The notes under the pieces: model-generated | Told to the model about the DNA's origin: nothing | The model's database searches: none | Seen by the model: the letters and a program-made list of their open reading frames with translations, nothing else | Assembly (NCBI GenBank): GCA_963772365.1 | Contig: CAVYXA010000003.1 | Coordinates: 320,001-384,000, forward strand | Length of the DNA stretch: 64,000 nt | DNA from: an uncultured Verrucomicrobiae bacterium | GTDB lineage: Bacteria; Verrucomicrobiota; Verrucomicrobiia; Chthoniobacterales; UBA10450 | Reading direction: 5' to 3' | Made by a program: the position numbers and the translations under genes | Shown here: positions 34,594 to 42,586 of the stretch, piece by piece | Layout of the letters: each line of letters opens with the position of its first letter | How positions within the stretch are numbered: the first letter of the stretch is position 1

Positions 34594-35073
34594 ATGAAAA
34601 ACTTATTTGCACCGCTAATCACCGCCGCGGCCAGCGGACTTATCTTTCTGGTCAATGGATGTTCGCCCGCGCCGCAAGCGCCGCCGAAAGCAGTCACCAT
34701 TCAAGCCGACGATAAGATGCGCTATGATCTGACGGCATTCGACGCGTCGCCAGGCCAGAAAATTTCCGTCACGATCAAGAACGTCGGCACGACCCCGAAG
34801 TTTTCGATGGGACATAACTTTGTGATGCTCGATCGCGCCATAAATACCGGTAACGTGCAGGCGTCATTCCTCGATAAAGCGTCGATGGAAGCGTCGCACG
34901 ATTACGTTCCGCCCGGCGACAAGAATGTGCTCGCGCATTCGAAACTGCTCGGCCCGGGCGAGAGCGAAGTCGTTACCTTCAATGCGCCATTCATTCCGGG
35001 CGAGTATCTCTATCTCTGCTCGTTCCCCGGCCATTACTCACAGGGCACAAAGGGTTTCATGACAGTGAAATAA
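34594..35073 (+). CDS. Azurin/auracyanin-like cupredoxin lipoprotein
   Basis: Lipobox-like VNGC; MGHNFV, LLGPGESEVVTF, YLCSFPGH. Confidence 0.9.
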   Translation: MKNLFAPLITAAASGLIFLVNGCSPAPQAPPKAVTIQADDKMRYDLTAFDASPGQKISVTIKNVGTTPKFSMGHNFVMLDRAINTGNVQASFLDKASMEASHDYVPPGDKNVLAHSKLLGPGESEVVTFNAPFIPGEYLYLCSFPGHYSQGTKGFMTVK

Positions 35074-35091
35074 GTTCAGAAAGGATCGACA

Positions 35092-36987
35092 ATGAAAAAC
35101 AAAATCACGCTCACGCTCGCGATCATTATCACCGCGGCCGGTTTAATTAGCTGCGGCAAATCCGGGACCAGTAAGGGAGATCGCACTGCAAACGCAGTCG
35201 CAACTTACGTCGCACCGGGCGAAAAGGATGAATATTATTTGTTCTATTCCGGCGGGCATTCGGGACAGGTGTTTGTCGCGGGGATTCCATCGCTGCGTCA
35301 TATCGTGACCATACCGGTGTTCGCGCCATATCCCGGCACGGGCTACGGCTTCGATGAAGAATCGAAAAAGATGCTCGGCGATTTCACCTGGGGCGATGTG
35401 CATCACCCTGGACTGTCGCAAACGAATTCCAAGTATGACGGGCGCTGGCTATTCGTGAATGACAATGCGAACAACCGGATTGCCCGAATCAATCTTCATG
35501 ACTTTAAGACCCATCAGATCCTTGGGCCGATAGCGAATTCCATCGGCAACCACGGCTCGTCCTTCGTAACGGAGAACACGGAATATATCCTGTGCGCAAC
35601 GCGGTTCTCTGTGCCGCTGCCCAAAGGGCGCGTGGCAGATCCCAAGGATTACGAGAAAGAATTCAACGGAATGGTGAGTGGCATCAAGGTCGATCCGCAA
35701 ACCGGCGACATGAAAGTCGGCTGGCAGATTCTGACGCCGCCATTCGATTGGGACCTGGGCTCGACCGGAAAAGGGCCATCAAGTGGCTGGGCATTCTGGA
35801 CCAGTTATAACTCGGAGATGGCGCACGATCTCCTGGAAGTGAATTCGAGCCAGAAAGATCGCGATCTCTGCGCAATCGTAAATTGGCGCGCGGCCGAGAA
35901 AGCCGTCGCGGATGGCAAAGCGACTATGATGGATGGCGTGCCGATCATCGATCCGGCCAAAGTTCCCGGCGTTTTATATTTCGTCCCAATCGCCAAATCT
36001 CCTCACGGGTTCGATGTCGATCCTACGGGTAAATGGGTGGTGGCCGGCGGAAAACTTTCGCCAACCGCCACGGTCTTGAACTTCGAAAAAGTTCAGGCCG
36101 CGATTAATAACAAGACGTTTGAAGGCGATTTTCGCGGCATTCCAATTTTAAAGTACGAAGCCGTAGTGGAAGGCGAAGTTCCGGTGGGGCTCGGTCCGCT
36201 TCACACCCAATTCGACGGCCGAGGCTTCGCTTACAGCTCGTTATTTATCGATTCGAATATCACCAAGTGGAAACTGCCGCCGTGGACGGATGAAGAGAAA
36301 AAGGACATGAACAAAACTGTGCTCGACAAAGTGCAAACGCACTTCAGTACCGGGCACCTCGTCGTCGCGGGTAGCGATACGGCTCATCCCTACGGAAAAT
36401 GGCTCGTGGCCATGAACAAACTTTCAGCTGGCCGGCACATTGACGTCGGCCCGTCGCAACCGGAATCGAGTCAATTGATCGACATCAGCGGCGACAAAAT
36501 GAAGATGGTAGCCGAGTCGTATAGCGAGCCGGAGCCGCATTTTGCTCAGATTCTCAAAGTGAGTGAAATCCAGCCAGCCGAAATTCTTCCGAAGGACGAA
36601 AATAAAGATCCCGATGCGGTTTGGGACAAAGCGCAGACCGGCGTGACCCGCACCGGCAATCAGGTGGTTGCGAAAATTCTCGCGATTCGCAGCCGTTATT
36701 ATCCCGACCGGATTGATGCGCAAGTAGGCGACGATTTGATCGTGCACGTCACCAATGTCGAGCAAACACGCGACATGATTCACGGGTTCGGTTTGGTCGA
36801 GCACAATATCAACATGGTAATGGACCCAGGCGAAACGAAAACGTTCCACATCAAGTTGACCAAGCCCGGCGTATTTCCGTTCTATTGCACTAACTTCTGC
36901 TCGGCGCTCCACCAGGAAATGCAGGGTTATCTCGTTGTGCGAAATGCGGGACCGACCAGTCCCACGGTCACAGGCGGAGGTAAATGA
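35092..36987 (+). CDS. nosZ: Nitrous oxide reductase, clade II (Sec/lipoprotein signal)
   Basis: CuZ His motifs DVHH, GNHG, SPHG, GPLH, TGHL, EPH; CuA IHGF...CTNFCSALHQEM; no twin-arginine, LISC lipobox. Confidence 0.97.
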   Translation: MKNKITLTLAIIITAAGLISCGKSGTSKGDRTANAVATYVAPGEKDEYYLFYSGGHSGQVFVAGIPSLRHIVTIPVFAPYPGTGYGFDEESKKMLGDFTWGDVHHPGLSQTNSKYDGRWLFVNDNANNRIARINLHDFKTHQILGPIANSIGNHGSSFVTENTEYILCATRFSVPLPKGRVADPKDYEKEFNGMVSGIKVDPQTGDMKVGWQILTPPFDWDLGSTGKGPSSGWAFWTSYNSEMAHDLLEVNSSQKDRDLCAIVNWRAAEKAVADGKATMMDGVPIIDPAKVPGVLYFVPIAKSPHGFDVDPTGKWVVAGGKLSPTATVLNFEKVQAAINNKTFEGDFRGIPILKYEAVVEGEVPVGLGPLHTQFDGRGFAYSSLFIDSNITKWKLPPWTDEEKKDMNKTVLDKVQTHFSTGHLVVAGSDTAHPYGKWLVAMNKLSAGRHIDVGPSQPESSQLIDISGDKMKMVAESYSEPEPHFAQILKVSEIQPAEILPKDENKDPDAVWDKAQTGVTRTGNQVVAKILAIRSRYYPDRIDAQVGDDLIVHVTNVEQTRDMIHGFGLVEHNINMVMDPGETKTFHIKLTKPGVFPFYCTNFCSALHQEMQGYLVVRNAGPTSPTVTGGGK

Positions 36988-37751
36988 ATGGGCAAGCTGA
37001 GAATCTGGAGATCGGAGGCTGTAGCGTGCGCTCTCCTGAGCGCATCTCCTTCGCACATCGCAACAAACAATCCGCTGCGGACAGCGGACGCGACAGCCCT
37101 CACCGAACAAGATCGACAATGACCCAACAAGTTTCAGGATTACTGCGACGCGAGTTCCGGTTTTTGCACAGGCCGCTTAACGGTTGGTCGAGGCTTTTGC
37201 TTCTGGTGGCAGCAGTCACAATTGTGGTCTCGATCTTTTTCCCTCTGTGGAAAATGCATTTGGTGGCGCCCCAATATTCCGACGGACTCGATCTCTACAT
37301 CTTCAGTTACAGGATCCAGGGCGGCGGTTATCACGGCCAGCATCTCGCCGAGATCAACAATCTCAATCATTACATCGGCATGAAAGCGCTCCAGCCCGCC
37401 GATTTCATGGAGATGCGCTGGATGCCATTTGTATTTGGTCTAATCATTTTGCTTACGCTTCGTTCCGTCGTCTTCGGCGAGATGAGCAATGTGGTCGATC
37501 TCTTTGCGCTCTATTCCTATTTCGGCGTGTTTTCGATCGGCTCGTTTTGGTACCGGCTTTATGAATATGGCCACAATCTCGATCCGCACGCGCCCGTGCA
37601 TATCAAGCCGTTCACGCCAATGCTGATCGGTGTGAAGCAAATCGCAAATTTTCGCGAGTACAGTTTCCCGCAAGCCGGAGCGTATCTGCTGTGCGTGTCA
37701 GTGTTGCTGATCGTGCTTGCCGGCTGGGTTTCCAGAAAGGAGCCAGCGTGA
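36984..37751 (+). CDS. nosB: NosB-like membrane protein (alternative start 37119)
   Basis: PLWKMHLVAPQYSDGL, EINNLNHYIGM, LYEYGHNLDPHAP; directly after clade II nosZ. Confidence 0.85.
   Translation: MNGQAENLEIGGCSVRSPERISFAHRNKQSAADSGRDSPHRTRSTMTQQVSGLLRREFRFLHRPLNGWSRLLLLVAAVTIVVSIFFPLWKMHLVAPQYSDGLDLYIFSYRIQGGGYHGQHLAEINNLNHYIGMKALQPADFMEMRWMPFVFGLIILLTLRSVVFGEMSNVVDLFALYSYFGVFSIGSFWYRLYEYGHNLDPHAPVHIKPFTPMLIGVKQIANFREYSFPQAGAYLLCVSVLLIVLAGWVSRKEPA
37017..37098. repeat. GTAG-type REP doublet at the nosZ-nosB junction
   Basis: GGCTGTAGCGTGCGCTCTCCTGAGCGCAT...TCCGCTGCGGACAGCGGACGCGACAGCC. Confidence 0.8.
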
Positions 37752-39076
37752 AGTTATCCGTCCCCCAGATTGTCGCGATCACGCTTTGTCTGACGCTCAA
37801 CGCGGGCGCAGCGATGTTACAGGAGCGCATCGACGCCGCTGCACGTGGCGATACGATCCACGTCGCAGCTGGCATTCACGCCGGTCCGATTAAGATCGAC
37901 AAGTCCATCACGTTGATTGGTGAAGCCGGCGCAGAGATTCGTGGCAACGCAACAGGCAAGGTAATCACGATCGTTGCCGATAATGTAACCATCCGCGGCC
38001 TGCGAATCACCGGTTCCGGCCTGCGATTATCGGACGATGACGCCGCGATCTTCGTGACCGGCAATCGGGTTGCGATCGATAACTGCGAAATCGCCGATTG
38101 CCTCCACGGTATTTACCTCAAAAAAGTTTCCGGCGCGCAGATTCTAAACAACCGCGTCCAAGGCAAGACAACGCTTAAGATTTCAACCGAGCCGGTCGAA
38201 AAGGCGATCGGGCAGAGCGCGGAGAATTGCGATACGACGCTGGTTACGGATCGCCGCGGCAACGGAATTCACCAATGGAATTGCGATGGAAATATAATTC
38301 GCGGCAATGAAATCAGCGATACGCGGGACGGGATTTATTTTTCATTTACCAACAATTCGCGCGTGGAAAACAATCGTATCCACCACGTTCGATACGGCCT
38401 GCATTACATGTATTCGGACGCCAACTCTTTTGAAAACAATAGCTTTAGCGAAAATGCGGCCGGTGCGGCGATCATGTTTTCGAAAGGGCTCGTTGTGCGC
38501 GGGAATCGTTTTATCAACAATCGTGGGCATCGCGCCTATGGCCTGCTATTTCAATCTTGCGATAATAGCCGCATCGTCGGCAACGAGATCAGCGAAAACG
38601 CGATCGGCCTTTCGTTGAATCAATGCAACAACAACGAAGTCACGGCTAATCGCGTCGCGAAAAATTACATTGGATTGCGGTTTGGTTCGAACTCGGACGG
38701 GAATCGATTTACCGAAAACGTTTTTGTCCGGAATTTGCATCCGGTTGAGACCGGCGCGTCCGACGTTTCCAGCAGCAATTGGGAAGTGAATGGAGTTGGT
38801 AATTATTGGGGCGGCGATGTCGATCTTGATCTGGACCGCGACGGCATTAACGACGTGCCGCATCGCGAACTCGATCTGCTCGGAATTTTGCGTCGTGATT
38901 TCCCCGCAATTGCATTTCTCTCCGATAGTCCCGCGTTGAAGCTGCTGCGATTTGCCCATCAGCGCGCCAGCATTCCGGGCGCAAGCTCAATCGAGGATCC
39001 GGCGCCGCTGACCTCGCATTTCTGGCAGATCCGCGCGCAGCGTCTGGCGCGCACAGCTTTGACCAACAACAAATGA
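37748..39076 (+). CDS. nosD: NosD periplasmic maturation protein
   Basis: GTG overlapping the nosB stop; beta-helix repeats, RGNGIH, RDGIYF, RYGLHYMYS, GNYW, DLDRDGINDVP. Confidence 0.93.
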   Translation: MKLSVPQIVAITLCLTLNAGAAMLQERIDAAARGDTIHVAAGIHAGPIKIDKSITLIGEAGAEIRGNATGKVITIVADNVTIRGLRITGSGLRLSDDDAAIFVTGNRVAIDNCEIADCLHGIYLKKVSGAQILNNRVQGKTTLKISTEPVEKAIGQSAENCDTTLVTDRRGNGIHQWNCDGNIIRGNEISDTRDGIYFSFTNNSRVENNRIHHVRYGLHYMYSDANSFENNSFSENAAGAAIMFSKGLVVRGNRFINNRGHRAYGLLFQSCDNSRIVGNEISENAIGLSLNQCNNNEVTANRVAKNYIGLRFGSNSDGNRFTENVFVRNLHPVETGASDVSSSNWEVNGVGNYWGGDVDLDLDRDGINDVPHRELDLLGILRRDFPAIAFLSDSPALKLLRFAHQRASIPGASSIEDPAPLTSHFWQIRAQRLARTALTNNK

Positions 39077-39780
39077 TCGCAGCAGAAAATTTAACAAAAA
39101 GTTACGGACATACAAAAGTGCTGCGCGGCATTTCGCTCGTTGCGGAAACGAAACAAATCACTTTGCTCGTCGGCCCGAACGGTGCCGGCAAAAGCACGTC
39201 GATGAAAATCTTCGCTGGATTGATCCGACCGACTGCGGGCCGCGCGTTTATCGACAAGATCGATATCGGCGAAAAACGGATTGCGGCGCAACGCTTGATT
39301 TCTTACTTACCGCAGAACCCGAGCTTTCACCCGAGGCTCAGTTGCATCGAGATCTTGCGCTTCTATGCGGGACTGCGGAGCGTTGCCGAGTCGCGCTGCG
39401 ACGCGATGCTCGAGCGCACGAGATTGAGCGAGATTGCGAACGTACCTACGGGAAAACTTTCCGGCGGAATGCTGCAACGGCTCGGGCTTGCCTTGCTGCT
39501 GTTGCCCGACGCACCGGTTTTGTTGCTCGACGAGCCGGGCCTGAGTCTCGATCCAGGTTGGCGGAAATGGTTGCAGCAAACGCTCCGTTTCGAGGCTGAG
39601 CGCGGTAAAACGATTCTGATCACGACACATCTGATCGCAGAATGGAACAACGTCGCGCATCGGGCGCTGCTTTGCCGCGATGGCCTCATAGAACGGCAAC
39701 TCGATCCAGCGGATCTGCCACACAATTTCGACGAACTCGAGGATGACAAAGGTGAACTTCGCCTTATCCAAGCGATTTGA
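39073..39780 (+). CDS. nosF: NosF ABC ATPase
   Basis: GPNGAGKS, LSGGMLQR, LLDEP; between nosD and the permease. Confidence 0.88.
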   Translation: MIAAENLTKSYGHTKVLRGISLVAETKQITLLVGPNGAGKSTSMKIFAGLIRPTAGRAFIDKIDIGEKRIAAQRLISYLPQNPSFHPRLSCIEILRFYAGLRSVAESRCDAMLERTRLSEIANVPTGKLSGGMLQRLGLALLLLPDAPVLLLDEPGLSLDPGWRKWLQQTLRFEAERGKTILITTHLIAEWNNVAHRALLCRDGLIERQLDPADLPHNFDELEDDKGELRLIQAI

Positions 39781-40555
39781 CGGGCACCCGATCCACGCCC
39801 TGTTTGCGCGGGAGTTTCGGGCGGCGTTGATCAACCGATATTTCCAGGTTTTTTGCGCGCTTGCGTTAATCGGCGGGATCGCGGCCGCTCTGCTAGCGGA
39901 AGATGCGAATGCAGCCGCAGTATTCGATCTGCAACTGGCGCTCTATTTCGTGTCGCTGTTTGCGCTGCTCGCCGGGGTCGGCAGCGCGCAAGCCGAGCGC
40001 GAAGAATGGCAACTGCTCTTTACGCAACCGTTGCCGCGATCCGGCTACGCGCTGGGGAAATTTTTATCGTTATTGTCGATCTTCGCCGCGGTACTGCTGC
40101 TCTTGTTTTTGCCCGCGCTGTTTGCCGGGACATCGATCCGCATGCTCGCGCCGTTATATGGGCATACCCTTCTTTTCAGTGCGGTATTTCTCGCACTCGG
40201 CCTGGTGTCGGGTTATCTCGCGCAGGATCGTGCACACGCGCTGGTGATCGGCGTAAGCGTGTGGTTGCTGCTGCTCATTGGCGTCGATCTTATCGGCTTG
40301 TTTGCCGCCCGTTGGCCACTCATCCAAAAATTTCCAGATGTGTGGGTCTTGCTCTTAATGTTGAACCCGCTCGATTCTTTTCGAATCGAAGCACTCTTCG
40401 CGCTCGAGCAAATTCCAGCGGAAGCGGCGGACAAGACAGCCCTCGCCAGCTGGTGGATTGCGCATGGCGGCGCGTGGTTCGGCGCGATCGCGATTGCCTG
40501 GTCGTCAGTAATACTCGCGCTAACGAGTTGGCGCTTGCATCGATGGGAGGAATGA
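39743..40555 (+). CDS. nosY: NosY ABC permease
   Basis: Multi-TM protein; LLFTQPL.R, LNPLDSFR; follows nosF. Confidence 0.85.
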   Translation: MTKVNFALSKRFDGHPIHALFAREFRAALINRYFQVFCALALIGGIAAALLAEDANAAAVFDLQLALYFVSLFALLAGVGSAQAEREEWQLLFTQPLPRSGYALGKFLSLLSIFAAVLLLLFLPALFAGTSIRMLAPLYGHTLLFSAVFLALGLVSGYLAQDRAHALVIGVSVWLLLLIGVDLIGLFAARWPLIQKFPDVWVLLLMLNPLDSFRIEALFALEQIPAEAADKTALASWWIAHGGAWFGAIAIAWSSVILALTSWRLHRWEE

Positions 40556-40791
40556 ACATGACTCGCAACTTCAAAACACTCGATGTTCGTCCGATCATCG
40601 CCAAAGGCGTTGAGCCGTTCGAAAAAATTCGGGCCAGTGTCGGCGCGTTGAAATGCGGCGAGGGTTTGTCGATCATCGCGCCGTTTTTGCCTTCTCCTCT
40701 GATTGAGAAGCTCGGCAACGAGGGATTTCAATCTCGCGTCGAACGCCAGCCGGGAGGCGTGTGGGTCACCCATTTTTGGCGGGACGATTGA
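40552..40791 (+). CDS. DUF2249-like small protein
   Basis: ATG overlapping the nosY stop with GGAGG SD; LDVRP...EPFEKI...APFLPSPL. Confidence 0.75.
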   Translation: MNMTRNFKTLDVRPIIAKGVEPFEKIRASVGALKCGEGLSIIAPFLPSPLIEKLGNEGFQSRVERQPGGVWVTHFWRDD

Positions 40792-40815
40792 AAGTGGCTT
40801 GACTACCTTCCAGTC

Positions 40816-41538
40816 ATGCCGCTGGAAGCGACGAAGTTTAGACAAGCCGTCATCGAAAACACGCTGAGCAGTTGCCAGCTTTTCATGGGATTGCCGGCAG
40901 TAGACATCGCGGCGATCGCGTCATTTGTGGTCCCGAAGCACCTGGCAAAAGGAGATTACCTTTTTCGCGAAGGCGATCGTAGCGAAGGATTTTACATCGT
41001 GCAAAAGGGCGCGATCAACGTGCATCGGGTCGGCGCGGCGGGAAAAGAGCAGGTGATTCATCTGTTTCGTCCGGTTGAATCCTTCGCTGAAGCGACGCTC
41101 GCGACCGAGAGCGGTTATCCCGCCGACGCGCGTGCGACCGAGCCGGCAACAGTGCTGCTCATTCCCAAAACAGATTTTGTCGATCTGCTTCGGAAAAGGC
41201 CCGAGCTTTCGTTGCGCATGCTCGGTTCGATGAGCCAGCATTTACGTGTAATTGTCGGGTTGCTCGACGATCTCACGCTCAAAGATATGGAGACGCGCGT
41301 GGCCAACTGGCTGCTGAAACGTTGCCCGCGCCCAATTGGCGATCGGGCAGCCGAGATCAAACTCGACCAAACAAAGCGCGTTCTGGCCGCAGAACTGGGC
41401 GCCAGCAGCGAGACGCTCTCGCGCACCCTGGCAAAATTTCGGGACAAGAACCTGCTGAGGGTGAAAGGGAACAGGATTACTCTGACCGGGCCGCGAGAGT
41501 TGCAGAAGTTGCTTCAGCGGAACCTGGGCGAATTGTAG
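40816..41538 (+). CDS. Crp/Fnr regulator, DNR/NnrR-like
   Basis: LFREGD, YPADARA; recognition helix ETLSR; lacks the FNR N-terminal Cys cluster. Confidence 0.9.
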   Translation: MPLEATKFRQAVIENTLSSCQLFMGLPAVDIAAIASFVVPKHLAKGDYLFREGDRSEGFYIVQKGAINVHRVGAAGKEQVIHLFRPVESFAEATLATESGYPADARATEPATVLLIPKTDFVDLLRKRPELSLRMLGSMSQHLRVIVGLLDDLTLKDMETRVANWLLKRCPRPIGDRAAEIKLDQTKRVLAAELGASSETLSRTLAKFRDKNLLRVKGNRITLTGPRELQKLLQRNLGEL

Positions 41539-41580
41539 TTCGTAAGGCGGCACAAATTAAGATAAGGGCGAGAAGACAAA

Positions 41581-41928
41581 ATGAGCATCAAGCTGGAACG
41601 AGCTTATGAAAAACCGGACAAAACCGATGGCACCCGCATTCTCGTGGACAGACTCTGGCCACGCGGTTTGACCAAGCGCAGAGCCAGCATTGATCTATGG
41701 TTGAAAGAGATTGCCCCGAGTACCGAATTGCGGAAATGGTTCGGGCACGATCCAAAGAAGTGGCGGACTTTCCGCGAACGCTATCAACGAGAGCTCAAAC
41801 GTCACCCCGAGCAGCTTAAGTTGATAAAGAATAAGGCCAGAGGAAGGACGATTACGCTCATCTACGGAGCGCGCGATCCAGAGCACAACCAGGCGGTTGT
41901 GTTGAAGCGGTCTCTTGAAAAGCGCTAA
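41581..41928 (+). CDS. DUF488 family protein
   Basis: RILVDRLWPRGL, IAPSTELRKWFGHDP, HNQAVVLK. Confidence 0.9.
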   Translation: MSIKLERAYEKPDKTDGTRILVDRLWPRGLTKRRASIDLWLKEIAPSTELRKWFGHDPKKWRTFRERYQRELKRHPEQLKLIKNKARGRTITLIYGARDPEHNQAVVLKRSLEKR

Positions 41929-42037
41929 GTGATAAAATGCTGCTCACTCTGCAAGTCAACGTTACTGATTGGAGCTACCGGCAAATAGATCATCCGAAGG
42001 TTGAGCGCGCTTCGAGAAGCAGCGAAGAGTAACGATC

Positions 42038-42574
42038 ATGCTCCTCGCGCACGACCATTCCGAGCTTGATGAAGTCCTCGCTGAATTTTTCCAGGCGCTC
42101 GCGGTGGGCGACGCCGCACAAAGCTTTGAAAAGCTCGATCTGTTTTGGGCGCGATTGGCAGTGCACATTCGCGCCGAACACCTTCACTTGTTTCCCACCC
42201 TGCTTCACGCTCTGGAGTCGCTCGGCCCGACGCAGGGGGGCCGCGTTCCATCTTTGGAGACCACACAAAACACGATCGCGCAACTACGCGCTGACCATGA
42301 CTTTTTCATGACTGAATTGGCGGGGGCAATCAAAGAAGTACGCCGATTGCGCGAAGGCACTCAGGACAAGTCGGCTCTTGTTCAAAACGTGCGGGAGAAA
42401 ATCGTCGCGGTCAGCGAGCGATTGAAGGTGCACAATGAACTGGAAGAGTCCGATGTTTACCCGTTGGCGGAGGTATTGCTCACACCGGTGGAGTGCGTGG
42501 CACTCAACGAGAAGATGCAAAAGGAACTCATCAATCTGCCGGCGCGGTTTAGCCAGCAGAAAAATAATCTTTGA
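42038..42574 (+). CDS. Hemerythrin-like (HHE) protein
   Basis: DHSELD, HIRAEHLHLFP, DHDFF, HNELEESDVYP. Confidence 0.8.
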   Translation: MLLAHDHSELDEVLAEFFQALAVGDAAQSFEKLDLFWARLAVHIRAEHLHLFPTLLHALESLGPTQGGRVPSLETTQNTIAQLRADHDFFMTELAGAIKEVRRLREGTQDKSALVQNVREKIVAVSERLKVHNELEESDVYPLAEVLLTPVECVALNEKMQKELINLPARFSQQKNNL

Positions 42575-42586
42575 ATGGTGGGCGTC

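Noticed and set aside
39853..40551. Long N-terminal extensions in the ORF track (39853, 27061, 58968, 58178, 48854, 56384 starts)
   Set aside because: They overlap neighbouring genes or repeats; coupled or motif-consistent downstream starts fit better
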